A stretch of DNA of 64,000 bases, from assembly GCA_964349675.1 (NCBI GenBank), contig CAYGHD010000001.1, forward strand, positions 2,273-66,272, in the 5' to 3' direction. The notes beneath the pieces are model-generated. The model was not told where the DNA came from and did no database searches. It worked only from the letters and a program-made list of their open reading frames with translations. Position 1 is the stretch's first letter. Every line of letters starts with the position of its first letter. Positions 55,221-64,000 of this stretch are shown here, piece by piece. Position numbers and translations under genes: made by a program. This stretch comes from an uncultured Candidatus Saccharibacteria bacterium (lineage in GTDB: Bacteria; Patescibacteriota; Minisyncoccia; Phycocordibacterales; SBAW01).

Positions 55221-57494
55221 ATGCAATACACCAAATACCTGCGTTGGGCGCTTCTTTTTGGCCTTTCTTTAGTCTTCTTCATACCATTTTTGATAGCCGA
55301 TGGTGGAGTGTTGCCAAACATGTTTTTCCCTTTTATTACGGGAAAAAATTTTGCTTTTCGAATTTTGGTCGAGCTGCTTCTGGGTATATATCTTATTTTG
55401 GCTTTGCGTGAACCAAAATATCGACCACGCGCATCGTGGCTGCTTTGGGCAGCGGGTGCCTTTGTGGTGTGGCTTGGGCTTACAACCGCGACCAGCCTTG
55501 ACCCGGTGAAGAGTTTTTGGAGCAACTTTGAGCGGATGGAAGGGTATGTCACCATACTGCACTTGTTTGTGTATTTTGTAATTGCAGGCGCCGTAGTAAC
55601 TGCAGAGAAATGGTGGGACCGGTTTTTCAACGTATCTGTATCGTCGTCTGTGATTATGGCCTGCTACGCACTGCTCCAAGTGATGGGGGTGCTTGCGATT
55701 AGCACGCAAAGCGGCGCGCGTGCAGATACGACGTTTGGAAACGCAATTTATTTAGCGGTGTTCATGCTCTTTAACTTCTTTATCACTTTGTACTTGTTGG
55801 TGCGGGCGTCGCACAAAGAGCGTCCAGTGGCTTGGCTGCAGTCTGTATATGGTTTGGCGCTCGTGCTCCAATTTGCGGCACTCTTCTTCACACAGACTCG
55901 TGGGTCTATCCTTGGATTGCTTGGTGGGCTGCTTGTTGCTGGTGTGTACATTGCGGTGCGCGCGCAAGCGCCCGAGTGGCGCACATTGCGGCGCATGACC
56001 TGGTATGGGTTGGGTGTTTTGGCAATAGTGGTGATCGGTTTTTTTGCGCTTCGCAATACTGCGGTGGTGCAAAGCTCCCAAACACTGTCGCGGCTCGCGT
56101 CACTCTCGCTCACTGACCGCACGACGCAAGCGCGTGTGCAAATTTGGACTATGGCATACCAAGGGTTTGAGGAGCGTCCAGTGCTTGGTTGGGGCGCAGA
56201 AAACTTTAGCTTCGTCTTCAATAAATACTATGAAGCGTCAATGTACAACCAAGAGCAGTGGTTTGACCGGGCGCACAATCAGTTTCTTGACTGGCTTATC
56301 GCGGGTGGCTTACCAGCATTTGCGCTGTACCTAGCGCTCTTTGTGCTTGCTGCGTGGCTTGTCGTGACTTCGCGAGTACTGTCAGTGCCTGAGCAAGCGG
56401 TCTTTTTGGGACTTTTGGCTGCGTATGCGTTTAACAACCTAATTGTGTTTGGTGACCTGATAAGCTCGGTGTACTTCTTTACTATTCTGGCCTTTGTGCA
56501 CGGGTTTTCTCAACGAGAATTGCCAGGCTTTATGGCACTTTCTAAACCACTGAGCGACCGTGGAGTGATGATGGCCGCGCCTATTGTGGGTGTTGTGGTA
56601 CTGCTTGGTGTGTGGATGCTTAACGCGCCGGGTATTGCGCGGGCGCGCAATATTATTGCAGCAGTGACCACGCAAGTGCCGGTTGCTGACGGTAAGGGAG
56701 GTATTGCGGCTGGGCCAAAAAATCCAAAACAAAATATAGAAGAATTTACTGTCGCATTTAGTGGGCCTTGGCCGGGCACTCCGCTTGGGCGCCAAGAGGT
56801 TGTCGAGCAGCTGCTGCAGTTTGCAAATGCAAGCGCCCGTTCAGCTGCCATCGACCCTGCGGTAAAAAAAGATATCTTCGCACTTGCGGAAAGCTCGGGG
56901 TTGGCGCTGCTCGCTGAGCGTCCAAATGACGCCCGCTTAGAGCTCTTCATGGCATCACTGTATGAAACGTTCGGTCAGTATCCTCAGGCAGAGCAGTACA
57001 TTACCCAAGCGCTCGAACATTCTCCAAAAAAACAACAGCTTATGTTCCAGTTAGGGGTGATACGCTTAAATGCGGGGGACACTGCGGGCGCTATCGCGAT
57101 GCTCAAGCAAGCGTTTGACTCCGAGCCTGCATACGAAGATGCACGCATCTTGTATGCATCAGGGCTCTTCTATGCAAACAATAAAGCAGTTGCAGACGCC
57201 TTGCTTGTGGAGGGGTTTGGCACTGTTTTGGTGGACGACCCTCGTTTGCTTCAGGTGTACACCAACACAAAGCAGTTCGATCGGCTTATCGGTATCTGGC
57301 AAGCTCGGGTAGATGCTCAACCAAACAACGCGGAAACTCGGTTTGGTTTGGCAACAGCATACTTTGCTGCGGGGGATACACAGAACACTATCTTGACGCT
57401 TGAAAAAGCTGCAGGACTCGACATACGGCTTGCTCCGCAGATACAGTCGCTTATCCAACAAATCAAAAACGGTACCCTTAAACCGGGCCAATAG
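55221..57494 (+). CDS. Wzy_C (O-antigen ligase / O-oligosaccharyltransferase-like) polytopic membrane protein with C-terminal TPR-like domain
   Basis: 10 or more TM helices; FTQTRGSILGLLGGLLVAGVYIA, typical of the Wzy_C core; C-terminal 250 aa soluble with TPR-like AYFAAGDTQNTILTLEKAAGLD. Confidence 0.55.
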   Translation: MQYTKYLRWALLFGLSLVFFIPFLIADGGVLPNMFFPFITGKNFAFRILVELLLGIYLILALREPKYRPRASWLLWAAGAFVVWLGLTTATSLDPVKSFWSNFERMEGYVTILHLFVYFVIAGAVVTAEKWWDRFFNVSVSSSVIMACYALLQVMGVLAISTQSGARADTTFGNAIYLAVFMLFNFFITLYLLVRASHKERPVAWLQSVYGLALVLQFAALFFTQTRGSILGLLGGLLVAGVYIAVRAQAPEWRTLRRMTWYGLGVLAIVVIGFFALRNTAVVQSSQTLSRLASLSLTDRTTQARVQIWTMAYQGFEERPVLGWGAENFSFVFNKYYEASMYNQEQWFDRAHNQFLDWLIAGGLPAFALYLALFVLAAWLVVTSRVLSVPEQAVFLGLLAAYAFNNLIVFGDLISSVYFFTILAFVHGFSQRELPGFMALSKPLSDRGVMMAAPIVGVVVLLGVWMLNAPGIARARNIIAAVTTQVPVADGKGGIAAGPKNPKQNIEEFTVAFSGPWPGTPLGRQEVVEQLLQFANASARSAAIDPAVKKDIFALAESSGLALLAERPNDARLELFMASLYETFGQYPQAEQYITQALEHSPKKQQLMFQLGVIRLNAGDTAGAIAMLKQAFDSEPAYEDARILYASGLFYANNKAVADALLVEGFGTVLVDDPRLLQVYTNTKQFDRLIGIWQARVDAQPNNAETRFGLATAYFAAGDTQNTILTLEKAAGLDIRLAPQIQSLIQQIKNGTLKPGQ

Positions 57495-57617
57495 AGCGTT
57501 CGTCGACTTACGCTTTGTCAACAGACCACCCTTCCGCGCCCACGGAAGGGTGGTAGTGTTATGGGGTAAGCGGTTTCGAAACCTTATATTTAAGTTTGTC
57601 TAAAGTAACAAAATAAC

Positions 57618-58715
57618 ATGTCTAAAAAACTTATTGGTGTAGTCTTCGGGCTCTTGTTGGGTATCATGGTGCTGCCACAGTCTGCTGCAGCTACCCCCCC
57701 GCCACTACCACAAAAACTCACTCAAGCACAAATTCAATCTATCATTGGACTCCTCCAGTCCTTTGGCGCAGAGCAGTCGGTGATTAACAAAGTGGCAGTG
57801 ACGCTGGGCGGGTCTGCAGCACCCGCTCAGCCTGGTGTTTGTGTAAACCTTTCTCGCGACTTAACCATTGGCGCAAACAGCGACCAAGTGCGTATGTTAC
57901 AGCGGTATCTAAAAACCAAAGGGTTTTTTGAAGGTGAGCCAACCGGCTATTATGGATTTATCACCGCACAATCGGTTGGAAAGCTCCAAGCGTCGCTTGG
58001 TATCGTATCGTCACCTCAAGACCGCGCCTATGGCATGATGGGGCCGCGGACTCGCGCAGCGCTTATGGTGGGATGCGAAGGGGGGCAAGAGTCTCCAGCA
58101 GGTGCTATTTTTTCCGCGACGCCAACAACAGGCGTTGCGCCACTTAAAGTTCAATTTACTTCGATATATTACTCAACACATGATGCAAGTGAGTCGCAGT
58201 ACTATGTAAACTTTGGCGATGGCACAAAGGATCTTGAAAGAATCACCTGTATAAAATCAAACAATGCGAGCGATCTTGGGTCCTACCGTTGTCTACAGTG
58301 GGGGGTGAGTCATGTCTACAATAGCGGCACATACACAGCGGAGTTGATAAAGAAAGTTGGCAGCCAAGCCACTGTCCTCTCGACGTTACCGATTGTAGTG
58401 TCTGGAGACACTCAAACAAACAATCCTTCGACTACATCATTTTCTGCAACACCAACGACGGGCGTTGCGCCGCTAACCATCTCATTCAAAGTTCCATACA
58501 GGAGTGCAGGAGGTGATTATTTCTCTTTTGGAGATGGCACAACAGGATGTGCAGTGCCAGGTACGACCAACGACTATATGACTGGTTGTTTGGTACCTAT
58601 AAACCAAACATTCACTCATACGTATACGCAGCCAGGTACATATACGGTGGTGCATTCAAGACTCGGTCCTTCTACGGTCTTGGGCACTGCAACTATTACT
58701 GTCGCGCAGAATTAG
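57618..58715 (+). CDS. Secreted protein with putative peptidoglycan-binding domain and two PKD-like repeats
   Basis: Signal peptide MSKKLIGVVFGLLLGIMVLPQSAAA; DQVRMLQRYLKTKGFFEGEPTGYYGFITAQSVGKLQ (PG_binding_1-like); two FSATPTTGVAPL...F... PKD-like modules. Confidence 0.55.
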   Translation: MSKKLIGVVFGLLLGIMVLPQSAAATPPPLPQKLTQAQIQSIIGLLQSFGAEQSVINKVAVTLGGSAAPAQPGVCVNLSRDLTIGANSDQVRMLQRYLKTKGFFEGEPTGYYGFITAQSVGKLQASLGIVSSPQDRAYGMMGPRTRAALMVGCEGGQESPAGAIFSATPTTGVAPLKVQFTSIYYSTHDASESQYYVNFGDGTKDLERITCIKSNNASDLGSYRCLQWGVSHVYNSGTYTAELIKKVGSQATVLSTLPIVVSGDTQTNNPSTTSFSATPTTGVAPLTISFKVPYRSAGGDYFSFGDGTTGCAVPGTTNDYMTGCLVPINQTFTHTYTQPGTYTVVHSRLGPSTVLGTATITVAQN

Positions 58716-58806
58716 CCGCTGTAGTATCTTGGCTTCTCGTGAAGGCAGAGGTATACTCATAAGGTGAGTGCTAGCATGATGTTAGCCCAACAAAACACAG
58801 TTCAAC

Positions 58807-58841
58807 GAAAAACCACGGCCGAAAGGACGGGGTTTTTCGTT
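58807..58841. terminator. Probable bidirectional Rho-independent terminator
   Basis: aaaaacc-[acggccgaaaggacgg]-ggttttt: A-run, GC hairpin with a GAAA loop, T-run. Confidence 0.4.
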
Positions 58842-58957
58842 TCTAAAAGTGGGGGTATACTGTACAAGTGCGTCTCGTGCGGGGGGCGAACTGCACTCAC
58901 ATTTTGAACAATGTTTTGGAGCTCGCATCCGCTTCCCGCACGGGATACAGTAGTGCA

Positions 58958-59971
58958 ATGACTATCGAAGAGAATATACCGTTGGCACCATATACCACTT
59001 TTGGGATAGGTGGGCCGGCGCGTTTTTTTATACGAGTACAACATGTTGCAGAGTTACAAGAGGCTCTGTCTTTTGCTGCACAAAAACATCTGAGGATTTT
59101 TATACTAGGCGGTGGGTCAAATGTTGTTATAGATGATGCTGGTTTTGATGGTCTAGTGATAAAAATAGAGATACAGGGAATAGAAACTCTGCAAGAAGCA
59201 GAGGATGTTTTTGTTGTGGCTGGGGCGGGGGACTCTTGGGACGCCTTGGTCGCTCATGCGGTTGCAGAAGGGTTGTGGGGTATGGAAAATTTGTCAGGCA
59301 TCCCTGGTACGGTTGGAGGCGCGGTGGCCGGCAATATTGGCGCGTATGGCCAAGCGCTATCGCAGACGCTCGCGTGGGTTGAGGTGTTGGACAGCACAGG
59401 TGAGATAAAAAAATTTACCAACACGGAGTGCGCTTTCGGCTACCGAGAAAGCTTTTTCTCTACACATGCAGGCGGATATACTATCGTCCGTGCAGCGTTC
59501 CGGCTTTCTCAGGCGCCTATGCCTGATTTGAGCTACAAAGACCTTAGAGAGCGCTTTTTGGACGTGCAGGTGCCGTCTATTGTGGCAATACGCGATGCGG
59601 TGTTAGAGATACGTCGCGGCAAATTCCCAGATTTAGATGTGGAGGGTACTGCGGGATCTTTTTTTAAAAATCCAATAGTGACACAAGCCGCTGCAGCAGC
59701 GCTGTGCGCACAATACCCACAGATGCCAACCTTTGCGATGCCTGAAACTGCAGGAGTTAAAGTGCCGCTTGCATGGCTGCTCGATCACGTGCTCAACCTA
59801 AAAGGATTTACAGTGGGCGGCGCACGCTTGTTTGAAAAACAGCCGCTCGTTATTGCTGCAAAAAAAGGTACCGCAAGTGGCGATGTGCTGGCTCTTGCGG
59901 CAGTGGTGATGCAAAAAGTACAAGAAAGTTTTTCTATTTCGATAGAGCCAGAAGTAAAAATAATAAAATAA
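58958..59971 (+). CDS. murB: UDP-N-acetylenolpyruvoylglucosamine reductase
   Basis: ENIPLAPYTTFGIGGPARFFIRV ... ILGGGSNVV ... C-terminal MurB domain; start chosen at internal ATG 58958. Confidence 0.8.
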   Translation: MTIEENIPLAPYTTFGIGGPARFFIRVQHVAELQEALSFAAQKHLRIFILGGGSNVVIDDAGFDGLVIKIEIQGIETLQEAEDVFVVAGAGDSWDALVAHAVAEGLWGMENLSGIPGTVGGAVAGNIGAYGQALSQTLAWVEVLDSTGEIKKFTNTECAFGYRESFFSTHAGGYTIVRAAFRLSQAPMPDLSYKDLRERFLDVQVPSIVAIRDAVLEIRRGKFPDLDVEGTAGSFFKNPIVTQAAAAALCAQYPQMPTFAMPETAGVKVPLAWLLDHVLNLKGFTVGGARLFEKQPLVIAAKKGTASGDVLALAAVVMQKVQESFSISIEPEVKIIK

Positions 59972-60259
59972 AAAATATTTTTTTATTTTTAAAAAGTTAT
60001 CCACAGAAAAATATTTTTTTTCATTGTAACTGAGGGCGACGTGTCTGATACTTATGGGTAGAACATCGAGATGTGTTCATTGCGTCGTCCTAGGGCGCAC
60101 AGTGAACAAGGTCGATCGATGTTAAAACCTAAAGTGCGACATCGGCGTCGCTACTAACATGGCAGCAAAAAAGAAAAAAGCAGCAGCAAAGAAGAAACAC
60201 CGCTAACTGCGGTTGAGGCCTCTGCAGTAATGCACAGGTTACTCTTCTCGAAAGAAAAT

Positions 60260-60289
60260 CCTCCACCCTCTCGGTGGGGGTTTTTCTTT
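60260..60289 (+). terminator. Strong Rho-independent terminator 24 bp upstream of the secA start
   Basis: cctccacc-ctctc-ggtggggg (8-bp GC stem, one G-U) followed by tttttcttt. Confidence 0.55.
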
Positions 60290-60312
60290 GCAGATTATGG
60301 TAGAATCCTTGC

Positions 60313-62817
60313 ATGTTTTCCATTTCCAATCTCTTTGGGGACCCATCGGCCAAGGTGGTGCGCCAGCACGAAAAAGTCGTTGCGGTGATTAACGATTTTG
60401 AGCCCGAGTACCAGGCTTTGTCTGACGATTTGCTCAGTAAAAAGACCGAGGCGTTCCGTAACCGCTTAGCTGTGGGCGAGACACTGGAAGCGCTATTGCC
60501 CGAAGCATTTGCCGCGGTGCGCGAAAGCGCTCGACGCAACGTCCGTTTGCGGCCATTCGACGTACAGCTTGTCGGCGGTTTGGTGCTGCATAACAGCGGT
60601 ATTGCTGAGATGAAAACTGGAGAGGGTAAGACGTTGGTCGCAACACTCCCTGCGTATACTAATGCGCTGTTACAAAAAGGCGTGCACGTAATCACGGTCA
60701 ATGATTATCTTGCGCGACGCGATGCGGTGTGGATGGGGCAAGTGTATGCGGGGCTCGGTATGTCGGTTGGGGTAATTAACCATGACGCATCATATATCTA
60801 CGACCCGTCGCACGCAGAAAATGATTCGATGCGCGACGAAGAGGGGAGTTTTAAAGTGTTTTATGAATTTTTGCGTCCCTGTACGCGCCCCGAAGCCTAT
60901 GAGGCAGACGTTACGTACGGCACTAATAGCGAGTTTGGGTTTGACTATTTGCGTGACAATATTTCCTATCGGGCGAGCGATTTGCGCCAGCGCGGACACT
61001 ACTTTGCGGTCGTCGATGAAATAGATTCTATTTTAATAGATGAGGCGCGCACTCCGCTTATTATTTCAGCGCCAACCAATGAATCTGAAGATTTATATAA
61101 AAAGTTTTCAGTTATTGCGCGTGATTTGACGCCAGGCACGGACTATACCGTTGACGAAAAACTCAAGGCGATACAGTTGACTGACGCAGGCATCGAGCGC
61201 GCAGAAAAGTTGCTCGGGGTTGAAAATATATATACTGAACACGGGATTAAATTGGTGCATCATCTAGAAACCGCGGTGCGGGCTCAGTCATTATTCCGCA
61301 AAGACAAAGAATATGTTGTTAAGGATGGCGAGGTGATTATTGTTGATGAGTCTACCGGCCGCATGCAGCCAGGGCGGCGTTGGTCTGAAGGGTTGCATCA
61401 GGCTGTCGAGGCAAAAGAGGGTGTGGTGGTACAAAAAGAGTCGCGCACGTTCGCATCCATTACGTACCAAAATTATTTCAGGCTCTATAGCAAGTTGGCG
61501 GGGATGACCGGCACCGCAAAAACCTCCGCAGAGGAGTTTTATAAAGTGTATGGTTTAGAGACCATTGAAGTCCCCACCAACAAGCCCGTTGTCCGCATCG
61601 ACCAGCATGATCAAATATTCCAGACTGAGCAAGGTAAATTTAAAGCGCTCGCGCGCAAAATAAAAGAGGTGCATAGCAAGGGGCAGCCTATTTTGGTGGG
61701 CACCGTTTCTATCGAAAAAAATGAATTGTTGTCGGCGTACTTACGTACAGAAGGGGTGCCGCACGAGACGCTTAATGCAAAAAACCATGAGCGCGAAGGA
61801 GAAATTATTGCCGAGGCAGGTAAAAAAGGTAACGTCACCGTTGCAACCAACATGGCCGGCCGCGGCGTGGACATCAAGCTTGGGGGTGCACTAGCTTCAA
61901 AAGAAGATGCGGATGCGGTGCGCACCTTGGGCGGGTTGTTTGTGTTGGGCACTGAGCGGCATGAGGCGCGCCGCATCGACAACCAGCTGCGTGGCCGTGC
62001 TGGCCGCCAAGGCGACCCAGGAGAGACACAGTTTTTTGTCTCGCTCGAAGACAACCTCATGCGCGTGTTTGCACCAGAGTCTATCAAGAATTTGATGGGG
62101 CGGTTCGGTATCCCTGAAGACGAGCCTATTGAAAACTCGCTTGTGTCCCGTGCGCTTGAAAGTGCTCAGACAAAGATAGAAGGATTTAACTTTGACGCGC
62201 GTAAACACGTGCTCGAATTTGATACCATTTTAGACCGCCAGCGCCGCGCAGTGTACGATCGCCGCCGCGCGGTGCTCGCAGGGTCGCTCGACGATGTGGC
62301 CACAGCGCTACAAGGTTTGGCAGGTGAGAGCGACGCGGCAAAAGAGCTCTTGCAACAAAAAGAGGTTGAATGCGGGCGCGAAGCGTTAATGCTTGCGATG
62401 CGTAGTGTGGTACTACAAACACTCGACACACTATGGGTCGAGCACTTGGAGTCTATGGAGTACTTGCGCGGCAGTGTAAACTTACGCGCCTATGGCCAAC
62501 GTGACCCATTGACCGAGTACCGCAAAGAAGGAACCCGGCTTTATCGGGAGCTGGAACAGACGCTTGCGGCAAAAGTATTTGAAGTGCTCGAAACATACAC
62601 CAAAGAGGTGATAGAACAAATGACCAGCGCGACCATTGCCGACAAAACACCAAAAACAACTATTGAAAATTCTGGTGGGACCATAACGCTCATGGCACCT
62701 CCTGCACATGCAAAAGAGATAGAGCGCAACGATCCGTGTCCATGCGGCTCTGGTAAAAAATGGAAAAACTGCGGCCTTAAAAATACTGACGAGCATCGCA
62801 AACGAATAGGGGCATAG
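60313..62817 (+). CDS. secA: Preprotein translocase ATPase SecA
   Basis: Walker A MKTGEGKTLVATLPAY; DEIDSILIDEARTPLIIS; NMAGRGVDIKLGG; C-terminal zinc finger CPCGSGKKWKNCG; 834 aa. Confidence 0.9.
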   Translation: MFSISNLFGDPSAKVVRQHEKVVAVINDFEPEYQALSDDLLSKKTEAFRNRLAVGETLEALLPEAFAAVRESARRNVRLRPFDVQLVGGLVLHNSGIAEMKTGEGKTLVATLPAYTNALLQKGVHVITVNDYLARRDAVWMGQVYAGLGMSVGVINHDASYIYDPSHAENDSMRDEEGSFKVFYEFLRPCTRPEAYEADVTYGTNSEFGFDYLRDNISYRASDLRQRGHYFAVVDEIDSILIDEARTPLIISAPTNESEDLYKKFSVIARDLTPGTDYTVDEKLKAIQLTDAGIERAEKLLGVENIYTEHGIKLVHHLETAVRAQSLFRKDKEYVVKDGEVIIVDESTGRMQPGRRWSEGLHQAVEAKEGVVVQKESRTFASITYQNYFRLYSKLAGMTGTAKTSAEEFYKVYGLETIEVPTNKPVVRIDQHDQIFQTEQGKFKALARKIKEVHSKGQPILVGTVSIEKNELLSAYLRTEGVPHETLNAKNHEREGEIIAEAGKKGNVTVATNMAGRGVDIKLGGALASKEDADAVRTLGGLFVLGTERHEARRIDNQLRGRAGRQGDPGETQFFVSLEDNLMRVFAPESIKNLMGRFGIPEDEPIENSLVSRALESAQTKIEGFNFDARKHVLEFDTILDRQRRAVYDRRRAVLAGSLDDVATALQGLAGESDAAKELLQQKEVECGREALMLAMRSVVLQTLDTLWVEHLESMEYLRGSVNLRAYGQRDPLTEYRKEGTRLYRELEQTLAAKVFEVLETYTKEVIEQMTSATIADKTPKTTIENSGGTITLMAPPAHAKEIERNDPCPCGSGKKWKNCGLKNTDEHRKRIGA

Positions 62818-62835
62818 TTCTGATACAATAAAAGC

Positions 62836-63588
62836 ATGACCCCGCTGGACACTGGTTTACTGCCCGCCGCTTTTTTGGCAGGGCTGCTGATGTTTTTGGC
62901 GCCCTGCACGTTGCCTTTGGTGCCGGGCTACATTGCCTTCATCGCAGGTATTCCAGAAAAACAACTGCAAAATAGCAATGTGCGCAGGCGAGTGCTCTAT
63001 AATGCCGCTGCCTTTGTGCTTGGATTTTCCGTGGTGTTTGTATTGCTCGGAGTATTTGCCGGGGTGCTCGGCTCTTTGCTTGGGCCTTGGCGCGATATGC
63101 TCGGGCGTTTGGCTGGTGCGGTTATCATGTTTTTTGGTTTAGTGATGCTTGGGTTGGTCCGCCTGCCGATGCTAACGCGCGAGCATCGGTTCCGCATCCC
63201 GCGCTTCATTACCCCCGGCCGTGTTGAAAGCTCAGCGTTTATTGGTGTGTTGTTTGCGCTGGGTTGGAGCCCCTGCATCGGGCCTATTTTGGGCACCATA
63301 CTTTTTATGGCTGGCGCGAGTGCTACTGCAGGGCAAGGCGCACTGCTTTTGTGTGTATTTGCGCTCGGCCTAGGACTCCCATTTCTTCTCGTGGCAGTTT
63401 TAATCGGGAGTGTGGGTAATCTGCTTTCTCGCTTTAGCAGATACGCCCAGCTACTTTCGATACTTGCAGGGGTAGTGCTGCTGCTTGTGGGTGCGCTGAT
63501 ATTCTTTGGCATGATGGGAACCTTTACCTCTTTTGCATATCGGCTGTTTTCAGACTGGGGCTACGACCAATTGCTCTATCGCCTATAA
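62836..63588 (+). CDS. ccdA: Cytochrome c-type biogenesis / thiol-disulfide transporter CcdA (DsbD transmembrane-domain family)
   Basis: Six TM helices with conserved Cys in TM1 (FLAPCTLPLVPGY) and TM4 (GWSPCIGPILG). Confidence 0.7.
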   Translation: MTPLDTGLLPAAFLAGLLMFLAPCTLPLVPGYIAFIAGIPEKQLQNSNVRRRVLYNAAAFVLGFSVVFVLLGVFAGVLGSLLGPWRDMLGRLAGAVIMFFGLVMLGLVRLPMLTREHRFRIPRFITPGRVESSAFIGVLFALGWSPCIGPILGTILFMAGASATAGQGALLLCVFALGLGLPFLLVAVLIGSVGNLLSRFSRYAQLLSILAGVVLLLVGALIFFGMMGTFTSFAYRLFSDWGYDQLLYRL

Positions 63589-63597
63589 TGTAGTATA

Positions 63598-63966
63598 GTG
63601 AGCGGCATACACGGCGCCTCCGCTTCCTCTATGCTTAAAGCTCTCATTTATATAGTCGTTACCGCAGGCACACTCTTGCTGCTTCCTCAGGTTATTGAGG
63701 GTATTAGTATTTCTGGTTGGTATACAGCGTTTGTGGTGGCGCTCATTTGGGGGCTTTTTAGCATCACCGTACGGCCTATTCTGTCTTTACTGACGCTTCC
63801 GATAAATTTTTTAACGCTGGGCCTTTTTTCTTTCATACTGAATGCGCTTTTGTTTTGGTTCGTCGCTCTCTTGGTCCCAACGTTTAGCATCTCCGGGTTT
63901 ATACCAGCACTTGAAGGTTCTGTAATCTTGCTTGTAGTGTCCTGGATACTGCACGCAGCACTCTAA
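63598..63966 (+). CDS. Phage_holin_4_2 (PF04020/DUF360-like) family small membrane protein
   Basis: 122 aa, 4 TM; VRPILSLLTLPINFLTLGLFSFILNALLFW resembles the PF04020 core. Confidence 0.4.
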   Translation: MSGIHGASASSMLKALIYIVVTAGTLLLLPQVIEGISISGWYTAFVVALIWGLFSITVRPILSLLTLPINFLTLGLFSFILNALLFWFVALLVPTFSISGFIPALEGSVILLVVSWILHAAL

Positions 63967-64000
63967 ACTGTCTATGGCATTTGTTGATGAACTACGGATT

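Noticed and set aside
57523-57550. Perfect 11-bp hairpin ccacccttccg-cgccca-cggaagggtgg after the Wzy_C-TPR gene
   Set aside because: Not followed by a T-run; could be a Rho-dependent or structural element, but not callable as an intrinsic terminator.
60159-60206. Calling the 15-codon Lys-rich ORF a ribosomal protein gene (bL34/bL36-like)
   Set aside because: The sequence MAAKKKKAAAKKKHR does not match known bL34/bL36 consensus and lacks an obvious Shine-Dalgarno; kept only as part of the spacer finding.
1-64000. Search for tRNA, rRNA, transposase, integrase, CRISPR-cas, toxin-antitoxin or restriction-modification genes
   Set aside because: No cloverleaf-compatible segments, rRNA-like conserved blocks, DDE/tyrosine-recombinase motifs or CRISPR repeat arrays were recognised by eye.

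Overview
This 64-kb window appears to come from an uncultivated bacterium with moderate GC (roughly 50-55% by eye), mostly + strand genes, and frequent 4-bp ATGA start/stop overlaps. Housekeeping cell-envelope genes (murD, murC, rsmI at 3.9-7.2 kb; murB, secA, a ccdA-like gene at 58.9-63.6 kb) flank a ~45-kb cell-surface glycan biosynthesis super-cluster. The cluster carries at least twelve glycosyltransferases (GT4, GT2, GT9 and GT47-like, plus three GT-C-like membrane enzymes) and a complete dTDP-L-rhamnose pathway (rmlB-rmlA-rmlC, with rmlD elsewhere). It also encodes a GDP-deoxyhexose pathway: gmd, a ColD-like PMP-dehydratase candidate and a separate fcl-like gene. There are at least five methyltransferases, two of them paralogous sugar C-methyltransferase-like genes. 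A nonulosonic-acid module (neuB, a neuA-like cytidylyltransferase and a KdsC-like HAD phosphatase) sits with a carbamoyltransferase, a class-III aminotransferase, an SDR, an AKR and a SAM methyltransferase. A MsbA/PglK-type ABC exporter is followed by a Wzy_C (O-antigen-ligase/O-OTase-like)-TPR protein. Outside the glycan cluster the window holds a 1227-aa secreted metzincin-like protein with a near-identical internal 312-bp duplication, and a VirD4/TraG-like ATPase with a Pro/Thr microsatellite tail that overlaps a lamin-tail-domain membrane protein. It also holds a DUF4015 glycoside-hydrolase-like protein, an AT-poor two-gene island, a frameshifted multi-TM gene, several Rho-independent terminators, and a structured murB-secA spacer with a tiny Lys-rich ORF. 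No rRNA, tRNA, CRISPR, transposase or integrase was recognised. The most novel candidates are the predicted modified nonulosonic-acid pathway (9-phosphate route plus carbamoyl, amino and methyl decoration), the gmd/ColD-like/fcl 3,6-dideoxyhexose route, and the GT2::GT-C fusion enzyme.
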